A stretch of DNA of 64,000 nt from Comamonadaceae bacterium (lineage in GTDB: Bacteria > Pseudomonadota > Gammaproteobacteria > Burkholderiales > Burkholderiaceae_C): positions 18,381 to 82,380 of the forward strand of contig JBAXFI010000001.1 of the NCBI GenBank assembly GCA_037139995.1. The letters run 5' to 3'. Below the pieces are notes generated by a model. It saw nothing but the letters and a program-made list of their open reading frames with translations. It was not told the origin of the DNA and ran no database searches. How positions within the stretch are numbered: the first letter of the stretch is position 1; every line of letters starts with the position of its first letter. Shown piece by piece: positions 27,267-38,917 of this stretch. Made by a program: the position numbers and the translations under genes.

Positions 27267-28325
27267 TCAAGTCAGCGCATACCAGTGCGGGCGGGTGAAG
27301 TTTAAACCGCAATGTTCACCGATGGCGGGGCCCGCAACGCGACGCGTCTTCTGCACCCTGAGCTCAGTTTGACCGACCAGAATCCGGTAATCAATGGTTT
27401 CGCCCAGATAGGCTTTTTGCAGCACTTTGCCGCGCACCCCGCCCTCGCTGACGAAATCGATTTCGGTCGGTCGCGCCGCCAACAGAGCGGCAGCGCCGGC
27501 AAGAAGTTCCGCCGGCGGCTTCAATCCCGCTGGCCAGGGATAAGTGACTCCGTCAATCTGCATGCCCGAAGGGCTCAGTCCGGCCTGCAGAAAACTCGAC
27601 AGACCGATGAATTCAAAAACAAATCGATTCGCCGGTGAACCGTACACCTCCAGCGGCGTGCCGATTTGCTGAACGACCCCGGCGCGCATCACGAGAATGC
27701 GATCCGACAGGGCCATCGCCTCCGACTGATCGTGCGTCACATACAAAATGGAAAAACCAAAGCGGCGCTGCAAATCCTTGATCTCAAAACGCATCTCCTC
27801 GCGAAAATGCGGGTCGAGGCTGGACAGCGGCTCATCAAGCAGCATGACGTCGGGCCGGATCACCAGCGCGCGCGCCAGTGCGACACGTTGCTTGCCGCCA
27901 CCCGAGAGATCGTCCGGGCTGCCCTGCGCTGCGGCCAGCAGATTGGTATGGCGCAGCGCCTCTTCGGTGCGCGCCATGATCTCGGCATCGGGCAACTTGC
28001 GTACGCGCAGGGGAAAGGCCACGTTCTCAAACACCGACAGATGTGGCCAGACCGCAAAGGCCTGAAACACCATACCGAAATTGCGCTTCTCGGGCGGCAG
28101 GTAGTACTTCTTCTCGCTCGAAGACAGCAGCTTGTCACCGACCCGGATTTCACCCTCATCGAGATCGTCGAAGCCGGCCACCATGCGCAGCGTGGTGGTC
28201 TTGCCGCAGCCCGACGGGCCGAGCATGGCAACGCACTCGCCTTTGGCAATATCCAGATTCAGACGGTCCACCGCCGCCACGCTGCCAAAGCGCTTGCCGA
28301 CGTTCCTGAGTTCTATATAGGCCAT
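27267..28325 (-). CDS. ABC transporter ATPase 2 (FbpC/PotA-like, TOBE tail)
   Basis: GPSGCGKTT, LSGGGKQRVALARAL, LLDEPLS, YVTHDQ. Confidence 0.92.
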   Translation of the reverse strand: MAYIELRNVGKRFGSVAAVDRLNLDIAKGECVAMLGPSGCGKTTTLRMVAGFDDLDEGEIRVGDKLLSSSEKKYYLPPEKRNFGMVFQAFAVWPHLSVFENVAFPLRVRKLPDAEIMARTEEALRHTNLLAAAQGSPDDLSGGGKQRVALARALVIRPDVMLLDEPLSSLDPHFREEMRFEIKDLQRRFGFSILYVTHDQSEAMALSDRILVMRAGVVQQIGTPLEVYGSPANRFVFEFIGLSSFLQAGLSPSGMQIDGVTYPWPAGLKPPAELLAGAAALLAARPTEIDFVSEGGVRGKVLQKAYLGETIDYRILVGQTELRVQKTRRVAGPAIGEHCGLNFTRPHWYALT

Positions 28326-28338
28326 GAGCGCGTTCTCA

Positions 28339-30033
28339 TCAGGAATTGTTTTTGCCGGAAACCAGGCGCTTGATCAGCACTTCACCCAGCACGATGATGA
28401 TCAGCGCGATACCGGCCAAAGCAGCGGAATAAACCGTTTCGCCATCTTCATTCAAGGTGTAGATCGCAACCCCGATGGTGCGCGTGGTTGGCCCGTACAG
28501 CAACACAGACACCGTGAGTTCCCGCAGCGCAGGCAGAAAGATCAGGAAGAAAGCCGCCACCATGCCCGGGCGCACCAGTGGAATGACAATGTCTTTCAGC
28601 GCCTGCCAGACGGTGGCACCGGAAGCCCGCGCCGCCTCCACCAGTGAATCGTGAACCTGCTCCAGCGCGGCGGAATTGGCCTTCAGCGAGAACGCCATGT
28701 AACGTGCAATATAGGCCAGCAGGATAATCCACACCGTGTTGTACAGGTTGACGCCAAACTTGCCGCTCCAGGCCAGAATAACTCCCAACGCGATCACCGA
28801 GCCCGGCACCGAAAACGGCAGCATGCCCAGAAACTCCAGCATGCCTTTGCCGCGCACCTTCATCTTGACGATGACGTAGGAGATGATCACGCCGGCAAAC
28901 ATGGTGATCAATGCGGCAGAGAAGCCCAGGCTGACGCTGTTCCAGATCGCGTCGCGCGTCAGGTCCCACTCGAACAGGATGTGGTGGTAGTTCGCCCACG
29001 TCAGGTTGGCAGCGGTAAACGGCAGGCCGTAGGTCTTGAGCGCGCCCACCAGAAAAATGGTCACGGTCGGCAGCACGATCGTGAACGCGATATAGGCCAC
29101 GCAAAAAATGAACATGGGGACACGCCAGGCGCGCAGTTTCAGTTCGGTCGGCCGGAAACTCTTGCCGGCAATGATCTGGTAGCGACCTTTGCTCAGAATA
29201 CGGTTCTGCAGCCACAGGATCAGCGCTGCCGTGAGCACCAGAACCGTGGCCAGCACGGTGGCTGAGCGGATCGAGTCAAAGCTGCCGGCGCTTTGGTGAA
29301 TCTTTTCGTAAATCAGCGTCGGTATGTTGTAGATGCCGGTTTCCACACCCAATACCGCTACGGTGCCGAAATGCGCCATCGAATACAGCATGATCAGCAA
29401 CGAACCCGACAGAATGGACGGCAACACCAGCGGAATGGTGATTCTCCGCGTGATCGTGAACAGGTCAGCGCCGGAAATGCGTGCCGATTCTTCCAGGGTC
29501 GGGTCCATGCGCTCCAGCGCGCCGCTGACCTGAATGAAGACAAAGGGGAACAGGTACATGGTCTCCACCAGGATGATGCCGGCGTAGGTGTAAATATCGA
29601 AGATGGGACCATCGAAGCCGAGCACATCAACAAAAAAACGATTGATGTAACCAGCGCGCGGCGACAGCAGCATCTTCCAGGCCAGCGCGCCAATAAAGGC
29701 CGGCAACATGAAGGGCACCAGAAACAGCAGTTTCATGGTTTTCTTGAAGGGCAGATCGGTGCGTGTCACCAACCATGCAAAGAAGGTGCCGACAATGGTT
29801 CCGGTGACCGTTACCCCGGCCGAGAGAACCAGCGAGTTGAGCAGAGCCTTGTAGGTCTGCGGGTGCCGCAAGACCTTGAGGACGTCGACCAGATTGAAGT
29901 GACCATTAACCCAGAAAGCGTTGAAAAATATCAGCAACATGGGAACGGCGACAACCACCACCAGAATGCCAACCGACAGGCCAAACAGTATCTGCGACGT
30001 GCCGAAACGGGAGCGTGAACTGGTGCTGACCAT
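28339..30033 (-). CDS. ABC transporter permease with two fused TM domains (FbpB/AfuB-like)
   Basis: Two EAA-type loops, LEESARISGA and LVEAARASGA; many TM segments. Confidence 0.92.
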   Translation of the reverse strand: MVSTSSRSRFGTSQILFGLSVGILVVVVAVPMLLIFFNAFWVNGHFNLVDVLKVLRHPQTYKALLNSLVLSAGVTVTGTIVGTFFAWLVTRTDLPFKKTMKLLFLVPFMLPAFIGALAWKMLLSPRAGYINRFFVDVLGFDGPIFDIYTYAGIILVETMYLFPFVFIQVSGALERMDPTLEESARISGADLFTITRRITIPLVLPSILSGSLLIMLYSMAHFGTVAVLGVETGIYNIPTLIYEKIHQSAGSFDSIRSATVLATVLVLTAALILWLQNRILSKGRYQIIAGKSFRPTELKLRAWRVPMFIFCVAYIAFTIVLPTVTIFLVGALKTYGLPFTAANLTWANYHHILFEWDLTRDAIWNSVSLGFSAALITMFAGVIISYVIVKMKVRGKGMLEFLGMLPFSVPGSVIALGVILAWSGKFGVNLYNTVWIILLAYIARYMAFSLKANSAALEQVHDSLVEAARASGATVWQALKDIVIPLVRPGMVAAFFLIFLPALRELTVSVLLYGPTTRTIGVAIYTLNEDGETVYSAALAGIALIIIVLGEVLIKRLVSGKNNS

Positions 30034-30036
30034 GAG

Positions 30037-31125
30037 CTAGACCCTGGCGCCCGAAGCCATGTCGCCGATAAACCACTGCACCGTTGCCAGACCGACACAG
30101 CACGATTCTCCCTCGACAAACAGCAGACCACGCTCCAGACACTCGTGGCTGGGCAGAGCAGCGCGGATCAAGGTACCGGCGATATCAATCAGGTAGTCAA
30201 CCTGCGCACCCAGAAAGCTAGCGCGCCGCACAACGCCCGGCAAGCCTTCACCACTGCGCGAGAGCAGCACATCGCTGGGGCGAAAGCCGGCGCTGAGCTG
30301 GTCCGCCTGTTTGTCGGGCGCGGGGCCGATCCAGGCCGCGCTGGAGCCACCGATATAGAACGCAGCGCCATCGCGTCTGACCGGCAGAAAATTGGCGATA
30401 CCCAGAAAACGAAAAACGAAATCGTCAGTCGGGTGTTCGTAAACTTCCTGCGGCGCGCCGATTTGCCGCAGCACGCCCTTGTCGTCCATCACCGCCAGCC
30501 GGTCCGAGATCCCTAGCGCAATTTCCTGATCGTGCGTCACGTAGAGAATCGTAATGCCGAGTTTGCGTTGCAAGGCCTTGATCTCGAAACGCATTTCCTC
30601 GCGCAGATTCGCATCAAGGTTGCTCAGCGGCTCATCGAGCAGCAGCAAGCGCGGCTCGGACACCAACGCCCGCGCCAATGCCACGCGTTGCTGCTGGCCA
30701 CCCGAGAGCTGCGACGGCAAGCGCGCCTCCAGACCACCCAGCCCAACCAGATCAATGGCGCGGCGGCCGCGTTCCTGCAGAGCGGTGGCTGGTGTGTGCG
30801 CCAGTTTCAGCGGGTAGGACACGTTGTCAAACACGCTCATGTGTGGCCACACCGCGTAGTCCTGAAAAACCATGCCCAGGCCGCGTTTGTCAGGCGGCAG
30901 GGCCTGACCAGTCAAGGCGCTGGCAACCACTTCCCCACCAATCGCGATGCTGCCGCTGTCGGGCGACTCGAAGCCGGCGATCAGCCGCATCAGGACGGTC
31001 TTGCCGCAGCCCGACGGACCCAGCAGCGTGAAGCACTCGCCGTCCTGGATCTCCAGCGACAGGCTGGGCAGGACAGAGCGCCCCGCGTAGCTCTTGCTTA
31101 CCCCCTCAATCCGGACACTCGCCAC
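30037..31125 (-). CDS. ABC transporter ATPase 1 (FbpC/PotA-like)
   Basis: GPSGCGKT, LSGGQQQRVALARAL, LLDEPLSNLD, YVTHDQE. Confidence 0.92.
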   Translation of the reverse strand: MASVRIEGVSKSYAGRSVLPSLSLEIQDGECFTLLGPSGCGKTVLMRLIAGFESPDSGSIAIGGEVVASALTGQALPPDKRGLGMVFQDYAVWPHMSVFDNVSYPLKLAHTPATALQERGRRAIDLVGLGGLEARLPSQLSGGQQQRVALARALVSEPRLLLLDEPLSNLDANLREEMRFEIKALQRKLGITILYVTHDQEIALGISDRLAVMDDKGVLRQIGAPQEVYEHPTDDFVFRFLGIANFLPVRRDGAAFYIGGSSAAWIGPAPDKQADQLSAGFRPSDVLLSRSGEGLPGVVRRASFLGAQVDYLIDIAGTLIRAALPSHECLERGLLFVEGESCCVGLATVQWFIGDMASGARV

Positions 31126-31133
31126 TGCCTAGA

Positions 31134-32126
31134 TCACTTTTGCATGATGTCGGTGAACTTCTTGATGGTGGCCTCCTTCTCGGCCATGATCTGCTTGTAG
31201 TCAATCTTCATGGCGCGCTTCATGGCTTCATCCACCGGCGGCAGTTTGTAGCGATCCGGCACCTTGACGTCCGCGCGAACCGGCAGTGTTCCTTCGTTGG
31301 CAATGATTACCTGGCCGTCTTTGGACAGAACAAAGTCAACAAACTTCTTGGCCGCATCGACGTTCGGGCTGTTTCGAAAGACCGCGATCGGACTCGGAAT
31401 GACCAGCATCTCGGGCGGAAAGACCAACGCCAGCGTCGCGCCCTTGTCTATCTTGTCCAGCGTGATGTAGTCCACTGCCAGACTGGCCACGAGATCGCCT
31501 GATGCAGTGTCATCGACCACCTGCCCCGAACCCTTGCCCATCTTGGCACCGTTGGCGCGCAGCGCTTCAAAGTAGGGCCAGCCAAAGGCCTTGGAAAGAA
31601 CCGCCACGCTCATGTAAGCGGTACCCGACAGGGCCGGATTGGCGATGCCGTAGGCGCCCTTGAAAGCAGGCTTCTGCAGATCGGCCCAGGTCTTGGGCGC
31701 TTCCTTGATCAGTCGCGTGTTGTAGGCAATGCCTAGCGTCCCAAGGCGCACTGCGGTGAAAGATCCATCGTAATCGGGCAGCGGGTTGAGCAGGACCTTG
31801 ATGTCCTGTGGGATATAGGGCAGCAGCATGCCCTGTGCCTTGAGCTGATAGAAATCGGGCACCTCGCTGGTCCACAGCACGTCGGCCATGATCTTGCCCG
31901 ATTCACGCTCGGCGGCAATCTTGGCCATCAACTTGCCGGCGCCGGCAGACTGAAAATCGACCTTGACGTCGGGGTGCTTCTTGACAAAAGCGGTCTTCAG
32001 ATCACCAATCATCGACTCCTTCATCGAGGTGTAGACAAACAGCTTTTGCTCCGCACTGACCGCAGTGGAAAAAAGCCCCAACAAGCTTGTCAGGAAACAC
32101 AGAGAAAGGGTCTTGCAAAAACGCAC
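31134..32126 (-). CDS. ABC substrate-binding protein (Fbp/AfuA-like cluster), ligand unknown
   Basis: Signal peptide; LGIAYNT, ANPALSGTAY, AAKKFVDFVLS; GAGGAG SD before GTG at 32126. Confidence 0.88.
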   Translation of the reverse strand: MRFCKTLSLCFLTSLLGLFSTAVSAEQKLFVYTSMKESMIGDLKTAFVKKHPDVKVDFQSAGAGKLMAKIAAERESGKIMADVLWTSEVPDFYQLKAQGMLLPYIPQDIKVLLNPLPDYDGSFTAVRLGTLGIAYNTRLIKEAPKTWADLQKPAFKGAYGIANPALSGTAYMSVAVLSKAFGWPYFEALRANGAKMGKGSGQVVDDTASGDLVASLAVDYITLDKIDKGATLALVFPPEMLVIPSPIAVFRNSPNVDAAKKFVDFVLSKDGQVIIANEGTLPVRADVKVPDRYKLPPVDEAMKRAMKIDYKQIMAEKEATIKKFTDIMQK

Positions 32127-32186
32127 AATCGTTCTCCTCAATAGTCAAAGTGAATGCCGATCAAGGCGCATTATGACGGCTCAACA

Positions 32187-33500
32187 CTACGCAACTGGCG
32201 GCTTGACGGGTCTAAGTGCGTTGATGTTGAGTTGTCGCAATTGACGCAGCTTTTCTGCGATCCGGATCTCCAGCCCCCGCTCCACCGGACGGTAAAAGCC
32301 CGGCGACGTCATGCCGTCGGGCAAGTAGCTCTCGCCGGCGGCGAAACCGCCCTCCTCGTCATGCGCATAGCGATAGCCCTTGCCATAGTCGAGGTCTTTC
32401 ATGAGCCGGGTCGGGGCGTTGCGCAAGTGCATCGGTACCGGTCGTGTGCCGTCGTCTTTGACAAAAGCCTTGACCTCTTTGAACGCTTTGTAAACCGCAT
32501 TGGACTTGGCGGCCACGGCCAGATAGACCACGCATTCGGCCAGCGCCAGTTCACCCTCCGGACTGCCCAGGCGCTCAAAAACTTCGGTTGCATCCAGCGC
32601 CAGCCGCAGTGCCCTCGGGTCGGCCAGGCCAATGTCTTCGCTGGCCATGCGGATCAGGCGCCGCCCAAGGTAGCGCGGATCGACACCACCGTCGAGCATG
32701 CGAACCAGCCAGTACAGCGCTGCGTCGGGATCGGAGCCACGCACCGATTTGTGCAGGGCGGAGATCGTGTCATAGAACTGTTCGCCGCCCTTGTCATAGC
32801 GACGCATTCGCTCCCCCAGCACCTTGAGCAGCCAGGCATCGCTCACTTGGGTCAATTCTTGCTGCGTCGCCGCGACTGCCAGCGTCTCCAGCGTGTTGAG
32901 CAAGCGCCTGGCATCGCCGTCGGCGTAGGCCACCAGACGCTCGGCCGCCGCAGCTTCGATGTTGGGTAGGGCGTCCGCGGCCTGCGCCCGCTCGATGATC
33001 TGCATCAGGTCGGCATGCGATAAAGGCTGCAGCACGTAGACCGCTGCACGCGACAACAGAGCAGAGTTGACTTCAAACGAGGGGTTCTCGGTGGTGGCGC
33101 CGATGAAGGTGAAGAGGCCACTCTCCACGTGCGGCAGGAAAGCATCCTGCTGGCTCTTGTTGAAACGGTGCACCTCATCAACAAAGACGATGGTGCGCCG
33201 ACCCTGCTCCTGCGCCAACAGCGCCTTCTCGACCGCTTCGCGAATGTCCTTCACGCCGCCCAGCACCGCCGCAATGCTGATGAACTGCGCGTCAAAAGCG
33301 TCCGCCATCAGGCGCGCAATGGTGGTCTTGCCGGTGCCTGGTGGTCCCCACAGAATGCAACTGTGCGGCTGGCCCGACTCAAAGGCAATACGCAAGGCCA
33401 TACCTTCACCGAGCAGGTGCTGTTGGCCGATCACTTCAACCAGATTCTTGGGACGCAGCCGCTCGGCCAGCGGCTGATGATGGGATGGCATCGGGTTCAT
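32187..33500 (-). CDS. rarA: Replication-associated recombination protein A
   Basis: PLAERLRP, WGPPGTGKTT, DEVHRFNKSQQD, GATTENPSF, SALHKSVRGSD. Confidence 0.96.
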   Translation of the reverse strand: MNPMPSHHQPLAERLRPKNLVEVIGQQHLLGEGMALRIAFESGQPHSCILWGPPGTGKTTIARLMADAFDAQFISIAAVLGGVKDIREAVEKALLAQEQGRRTIVFVDEVHRFNKSQQDAFLPHVESGLFTFIGATTENPSFEVNSALLSRAAVYVLQPLSHADLMQIIERAQAADALPNIEAAAAERLVAYADGDARRLLNTLETLAVAATQQELTQVSDAWLLKVLGERMRRYDKGGEQFYDTISALHKSVRGSDPDAALYWLVRMLDGGVDPRYLGRRLIRMASEDIGLADPRALRLALDATEVFERLGSPEGELALAECVVYLAVAAKSNAVYKAFKEVKAFVKDDGTRPVPMHLRNAPTRLMKDLDYGKGYRYAHDEEGGFAAGESYLPDGMTSPGFYRPVERGLEIRIAEKLRQLRQLNINALRPVKPPVA

Positions 33501-33599
33501 CAGTCTCTATTGTGGACTACTGAGCAGGCAGTGGGCAGCTGCGTGAAGCGGCGTGGTTCGCCGGCGCCAGCCGACCTCGTCACACGCAAGCGACGCCGC

Positions 33600-34421
33600 T
33601 CAGGGTTTGAGGGCAGTCGCCTCCGAAGCGCAGTTGCCAGTGGGCTTCAGACCCTTGGCGCGGGCGTCAGCCAGCTCTTTCGCAGCCTCATCGAACTGAG
33701 CGCGAAAGACGGGGTCTGCGTGCAGACGGGCAACTGCGGCGGCACCTATCACGCGGCCCTGATTCACATCGCTTTGCCAGTGCACGCCACAGACCACGCG
33801 ACTCTGGCCGAATTCATAGCCGCGTTGGATCAACGCGTTTGCACGCTCCGGAGCCATCTCAGCCAGGATCAGGCCCCAGGCCCAGCCGAGGGCCGCATGG
33901 CCAGAAGGGTAGGAACCATCCTTGGCGAGCGCCACTTCTTCGGCAGGCGAACAGCTGGGCGTTTTGTTGGCGACAAACGGACGCGTGCGCTTGTAGTGAT
34001 CCTTTGCTCCGTAGGTTGACAAGCCAGCATCCACCATCGAACGCCGCAACAGTATGGTGAGATGCGGTGTTGTGTCTGGCCCGATCGGCGCATCCACGGC
34101 ACATGCAAAAGCATCAGCGGCTTTGGGAAAGCTGAGCACTGCATCATCGGCAGCCAGGACCCAGCGCGGCGTATTGCGCAGGAGAACGGTCGCATTGAAC
34201 GCCTCCTCATCCGCAGCCTGAGCACTCGAGCCAGGCGCGGGCGGCGCCGGCAACAGCGCCAGACTGTCTGGAAGCACCTTGCGCGACAGGTAACCGGCGA
34301 GTATGCCGGGCCGCAACTCCGGCACATTCTTGGGGATGATGCTTTCGGCCTGACTGTCGCAGACAGCCAGCAGCACGACGCAGCACAAGACATTGGCGAG
34401 CTTTCGGTGCGGGATCTTCAT
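33600..34421 (-). CDS. Class A non-specific acid phosphatase (PAP2 family, PhoC/PhoN-like), exported
   Basis: KDHYKRTRP, SYPSGH, SRVVCGVHWQSD; signal peptide; GAGGAG before ATG 34421. Confidence 0.9.
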   Translation of the reverse strand: MKIPHRKLANVLCCVVLLAVCDSQAESIIPKNVPELRPGILAGYLSRKVLPDSLALLPAPPAPGSSAQAADEEAFNATVLLRNTPRWVLAADDAVLSFPKAADAFACAVDAPIGPDTTPHLTILLRRSMVDAGLSTYGAKDHYKRTRPFVANKTPSCSPAEEVALAKDGSYPSGHAALGWAWGLILAEMAPERANALIQRGYEFGQSRVVCGVHWQSDVNQGRVIGAAAVARLHADPVFRAQFDEAAKELADARAKGLKPTGNCASEATALKP

Positions 34422-34619
34422 GGAGTGCTCCTCGTTGGTACCAGAGTGCCGGGTACTTTGGAAGCATATGTCCGCTAGCTCACTGTGGTCTGTCGCCTCT
34501 GCGATAGCAAGCAACGCCGTGTGCTCGGTGACGCAAGACCAAACTGGTGGCAACAGCACCGATGCGCAAAGCGTCACTGCGCTGGCCGTCACACAGCCCA
34601 AGTTGCTGCCTCCACATGA

Positions 34620-37600
34620 TCATGGACGGCCGTACCCTCCCCCACCCGGCGTTGAAATCTCGAACACGTCCCCCGCCTGCATCTCGGCCTGCCCGATATG
34701 TGCCAGCTCTTCCACCCGTCCATCGGCACGCAACACCCGATTCACACCCGGCTGCCCGGCCTGCCCGCCGGCCATGCCGAAGGAAGGATGAACACGGCCG
34801 TTGGAGAGAATACTGGCAGTCATGGGTTCCAGAAAACGGACGCGACGCACGCCGCCATTGCCGCCATGCCATTGGCCGGCGCCGCCGGATCCCTGGCGGA
34901 TCTGGTAGCTATCCAAGCGCACCGGAAAGCGGAACTCCAACACCTCGGGGTCGGTCATGCGCGAATTGGTCATGTGGGTTTGCACGACGTCGGTGCCGTT
35001 GAAACCAGCGCCGGCACCCGAGCCACCGGAGATGGTCTCGTAGTACTGGTAGCGCGCATTGCCAAACGTGAAGTTGTTCATGGTGCACTGGCTGGCTGCC
35101 ATTTCGCCCAGCGCGCCGTAAAGCGCGTTGGTGATGCAACTCGATGTTTCCACATTGCCCGCCACCACCGAGGCCGGCGGATTGGGATTGAGCATGCAGC
35201 CCTCGGGAATGATCACCGACAGAGGTTTGAGGCAACCGGCATTGAGCGGAATGTCGTCGTCCACCAGCGTGCGAAACACGTACAAAACCGCGGCCATGCA
35301 AACGGCTTTGGGTGCATTGAAGTTGTTGCTCTGCTGCACTGAAGTGCCGGTGAAGTCGATCACCGCACTGCGCTCTGCTGCATTGACACGGATCGACACC
35401 TGGATCTGCGCGCCGTTGTCCAGCGCCAAGGTGAAGCTGCCGTCTTTCAGCCGTGTGATGACGCGGCGCACCGACTCCTCGGCGTTGTCCTGCACATGGC
35501 GCATATAGGCTTGCACCATGTCGAGCCCAAAATGCTCGACCATCTTGCGCAGTTCCTGCACGCCTTTTTCATTGGCGGCAATCTGGGCCTTCAAGTCGGC
35601 CAGGTTCTGCTGCGGGTTGCGCGACGGGTATTCACCGCTTTGCAGCAACGCGATGATCTGGGCCTCCTGCAGCACGCCACGGTCCACCAGCTTCACGTTG
35701 TTGATCTGCACGCCCTCTTCTTCGATGCGCGTGGAAAACGGCGGCATGGAGCCCGGCGTGATACCACCGATGTCGGCGTGATGACCACGCGAGCCCACAT
35801 AAAAAGTCGGCTTGCCGTCCAGATACACCGGCGTGATGACCGTGATGTCAGGCAGGTGCGTGCCGCCGTGATAGGGGTCGTTGAGCACATAAACATCGCC
35901 GGGATTCATGGTGCCGGCGTTCTCACGAATCACGGTCTTGATACTCTCGCCCATAGAACCCAGGTGCACCGGCATGTGCGGCGCGTTGGCAATCAGGTTG
36001 CCAGCCGCATCAAACAGCGCACAGCTGAAGTCAAGCCGTTCCTTGATATTGACCGAGTACGCCGTGTTCTGGAGTTGCAGCCCCATCTGCTCGGCAATGT
36101 TCATGAACAGGTTGTTGAAGACCTCCAGCAAGACCGGATCGACGCTGGTGCCGGCAGCGAATTTGACGCTGCGCGCTTCATGGCGCAGCAGCGAGAGGTG
36201 ATCGAGCTCGGTCACACTGGCCTGCCAGCCGGGTTCGATCACGGTGGTTGCGTTCTGCTCGGCGATGATGGCCGGGCCCATCACGATGTCGCCTGGCCGC
36301 AGGTCTTCGCGCAGCAGCAGCGCAGCGTCGACCCAAAGACCGCCGCTGTACATGGCAACGGTCTCACGCACAGCGCCACAGGCCTGCAGATCGCGCGCAG
36401 TCTGCAGTGGCTGACGTGGCTCGGTCGGTGCATCGCCGGCCACCACTGCTTCGACGGACACCGCCTCCACCACCAGCGCTTTGCCCTGCATCAGAAACGA
36501 GAAGCGCTGCCGGTAGGCGGACTCAAAAGCAGCCTGAATTGATGCCACCACCACGTCGGGCGAGTCAGCTTCAAGCGGCGCGCAGGGCACCACCAGGGCA
36601 GCATCGCTGCCTTCGTAGCGCACATGGACACGCCGGTGCACAGCCAGCGCGCCCTGGCTCACCTGCTGGCGCAGCAGTTCGTCCTGTGCCTGCGTCGCCA
36701 ACTGATCCAGCTGCGCCGCAATTTGCGGCAACGCTTGTTCGCCAAGTTTGAGTTCCACCGCCTGTTCCCGAATCACATTCTGGTCGGCCAGGCCCATGCC
36801 GTAGGCTGACAACACACCGGCCAGCGGGTGCACAAAGACCCTTGTGATGCCCAGTGCATCGGCCACCAGGCAGGCGTGCTGGCCACCGGCGCCGCCAAAG
36901 CACTGCAGCGTGTAGCGCGTCACGTCATAGCCGCGCGCCACCGAAATTTTCTTGATGGCGTTGGCCATCTGCTGCACGGCGATGCTGATAAAGCCTTCTG
37001 CCACATCCTCTGCAGCGCGACCGGTCTGCGCCGCCAGTGCTGCAAACTGTTCCCGCACCGCATCGCCGTCCAGCGCTTCGTTCGCCGCAGCGCCAAAGAC
37101 CTTGGGGAAATAGCGCGGAACAATCTTGCCCACCATCACATTGGCATCGGTCACCGCCAACGGTCCACCACGGCGGTAACTGGCCGGCCCCGGATTGGCG
37201 CCGGCGCTCTGCGGCCCGACCCGAAAGCGCGAGCCGTCAAAGGCCAGAATCGAACCACCGCCGGCGGCCACGGTGTGAATGCTCATCATGGGCGCGCGCA
37301 TGCGCACGCCAGCCACCTGGGTCTCGAACTCACGCTCAAACTCGCCTGCGTAATGCGAGACATCGGTGGAGGTACCTCCCATGTCAAAACCGATGACCTT
37401 TTCAATGCCGGCCATCGCCGCCGTGCGCGCCATGCCAACAATGCCACCAGCCGGGCCGCTCAGGATGGCGTCCTTGCCGGCGAAGGCGTGAGCGTCGGTC
37501 AGGCCACCGGAAGACTGCATGAAAAAGAGTTTGACGCCAGGCATTTCCTGCGCCACCTGCTGCACGTAGCGCTTGAGAATCGGCGACAGGTAGGCGTCGA

Positions 37601-38249
37601 CCACGGTCGTGTCGCCACGACTCACCAGCTTCATCATAGGACTGGTCTCATGCGAGGTGCTGATCTGCGAAAAGCCGACCTCCGCCGCGATGCGCCGGGC
37701 AGCGACTTCGTGTGCCGTGTAACGGTAGCCGTGCATGAAAACAATCGCCACCGAACGCAGGCCGCTCTGGTACTGCGCACGCAGTTCTGCTTGCAGGTGC
37801 GCCTCGTCCAGCGCTTCGATCACATCACCATGCGCGCCACAGCGCTCCCGCGCCTCGACCACGGCGCTGTACAGCAACTCGGGCAGCACGATGTTGCGGT
37901 CAAAGATGCGGGGCCGGTTCTGGTATGCAATGCGCAGGGCGTCCCGAAAACCACGCGTTGTCACCAGGAGCGTCGGCTCGCCCTTGCGCTCCAGCAGCGC
38001 GTTGGTGGCCACGGTGGTGCCCATCTTCACGCAGGCCACCTGCTCGGGCGTGACCGCCATTCCGGCGTGCAAACCCAGCAGATGCCGGATGCCGGCCACT
38101 GCAGCGTCGCGGTACTGTTCCGGGTTCTCGCTCAGCAGTTTGTGCGTGACCAGCGTGCCATCCGGTCGGCGCCCCACCACGTCGGTGAAAGTGCCGCCTC
38201 GATCGATCCAGAACTGCCAGCGTTGGGGCGATTGGGGTTGCGTGCTCAT
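34620..38249 (-). CDS. oplA: ATP-dependent 5-oxoprolinase (fused hydantoinase A/B type)
   Basis: [63 protein letters not shown]; ATGA overlap with the upstream racemase. Confidence 0.93.
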   Translation of the reverse strand: MSTQPQSPQRWQFWIDRGGTFTDVVGRRPDGTLVTHKLLSENPEQYRDAAVAGIRHLLGLHAGMAVTPEQVACVKMGTTVATNALLERKGEPTLLVTTRGFRDALRIAYQNRPRIFDRNIVLPELLYSAVVEARERCGAHGDVIEALDEAHLQAELRAQYQSGLRSVAIVFMHGYRYTAHEVAARRIAAEVGFSQISTSHETSPMMKLVSRGDTTVVDAYLSPILKRYVQQVAQEMPGVKLFFMQSSGGLTDAHAFAGKDAILSGPAGGIVGMARTAAMAGIEKVIGFDMGGTSTDVSHYAGEFEREFETQVAGVRMRAPMMSIHTVAAGGGSILAFDGSRFRVGPQSAGANPGPASYRRGGPLAVTDANVMVGKIVPRYFPKVFGAAANEALDGDAVREQFAALAAQTGRAAEDVAEGFISIAVQQMANAIKKISVARGYDVTRYTLQCFGGAGGQHACLVADALGITRVFVHPLAGVLSAYGMGLADQNVIREQAVELKLGEQALPQIAAQLDQLATQAQDELLRQQVSQGALAVHRRVHVRYEGSDAALVVPCAPLEADSPDVVVASIQAAFESAYRQRFSFLMQGKALVVEAVSVEAVVAGDAPTEPRQPLQTARDLQACGAVRETVAMYSGGLWVDAALLLREDLRPGDIVMGPAIIAEQNATTVIEPGWQASVTELDHLSLLRHEARSVKFAAGTSVDPVLLEVFNNLFMNIAEQMGLQLQNTAYSVNIKERLDFSCALFDAAGNLIANAPHMPVHLGSMGESIKTVIRENAGTMNPGDVYVLNDPYHGGTHLPDITVITPVYLDGKPTFYVGSRGHHADIGGITPGSMPPFSTRIEEEGVQINNVKLVDRGVLQEAQIIALLQSGEYPSRNPQQNLADLKAQIAANEKGVQELRKMVEHFGLDMVQAYMRHVQDNAEESVRRVITRLKDGSFTLALDNGAQIQVSIRVNAAERSAVIDFTGTSVQQSNNFNAPKAVCMAAVLYVFRTLVDDDIPLNAGCLKPLSVIIPEGCMLNPNPPASVVAGNVETSSCITNALYGALGEMAASQCTMNNFTFGNARYQYYETISGGSGAGAGFNGTDVVQTHMTNSRMTDPEVLEFRFPVRLDSYQIRQGSGGAGQWHGGNGGVRRVRFLEPMTASILSNGRVHPSFGMAGGQAGQPGVNRVLRADGRVEELAHIGQAEMQAGDVFEISTPGGGGYGRP

Positions 38250-38914
38250 GCGGCGGTTCTCCATCTTTTTTCTAACAAGGAAACAATGTGCTCGACACGT
38301 CTGCCAGTGGCCGCTGCAACGGCCCGAGCATAGGGTGGCATGTTGGTGCATTCCAGCACCAGCGTGGTGACTTCGGGGTGCGCTCTGACCAATGCCAGTG
38401 CAGCCACAACGACATCCTGCTCGGCCTGTCGCAAGTCCATCGTCGCCTCGTTGCCTAGCAGGCGGCGCTGAAACTCGCAGCCTGGCGCCACGCCACCCAC
38501 CGGCGTTGCCGGGTCCGCGTCAACTCCCTCAAGTTGATGGGCGTCCAGAGCCAGCGCATCAATCGTCAGCACGGCGCAGCGCTCGCCAGACAACTCGGGT
38601 GAACTGAGCCAGAGCAGACTCGAACTGATGACAGGCGCCGTCACGGCAGCTTGCAATTCACGCTGGTAGCGCGCCAGAAAACCGCAACTGGTGCTGAGCA
38701 GGGTCGCACCCTGCTCCACCAGATTCAGCGCCGCAGTCACGAACGGTTGCAGTGCCAACGCAGCGCTTCCTCTAACCACTTTCTGCGGACTGGCGCCACG
38801 CACAGTCTGGTATCGCACCGGGATTTGCAGTTGCTCAAAAGTGACCGGATTGCCAATATCACCCGGTGGCCGCGGAAACCGCGTGTCCAGCATCAGGATG
38901 CCAAGAAATGACAT
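38246..38914 (-). CDS. Asp/Glu/hydantoin racemase family protein
   Basis: Two-cysteine motifs STSCGFL and LECTNMPPY; N-terminal [16 protein letters not shown]. Confidence 0.8.
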   Translation of the reverse strand: MSFLGILMLDTRFPRPPGDIGNPVTFEQLQIPVRYQTVRGASPQKVVRGSAALALQPFVTAALNLVEQGATLLSTSCGFLARYQRELQAAVTAPVISSSLLWLSSPELSGERCAVLTIDALALDAHQLEGVDADPATPVGGVAPGCEFQRRLLGNEATMDLRQAEQDVVVAALALVRAHPEVTTLVLECTNMPPYARAVAAATGRRVEHIVSLLEKRWRTAA

Positions 38915-38917
38915 TGT

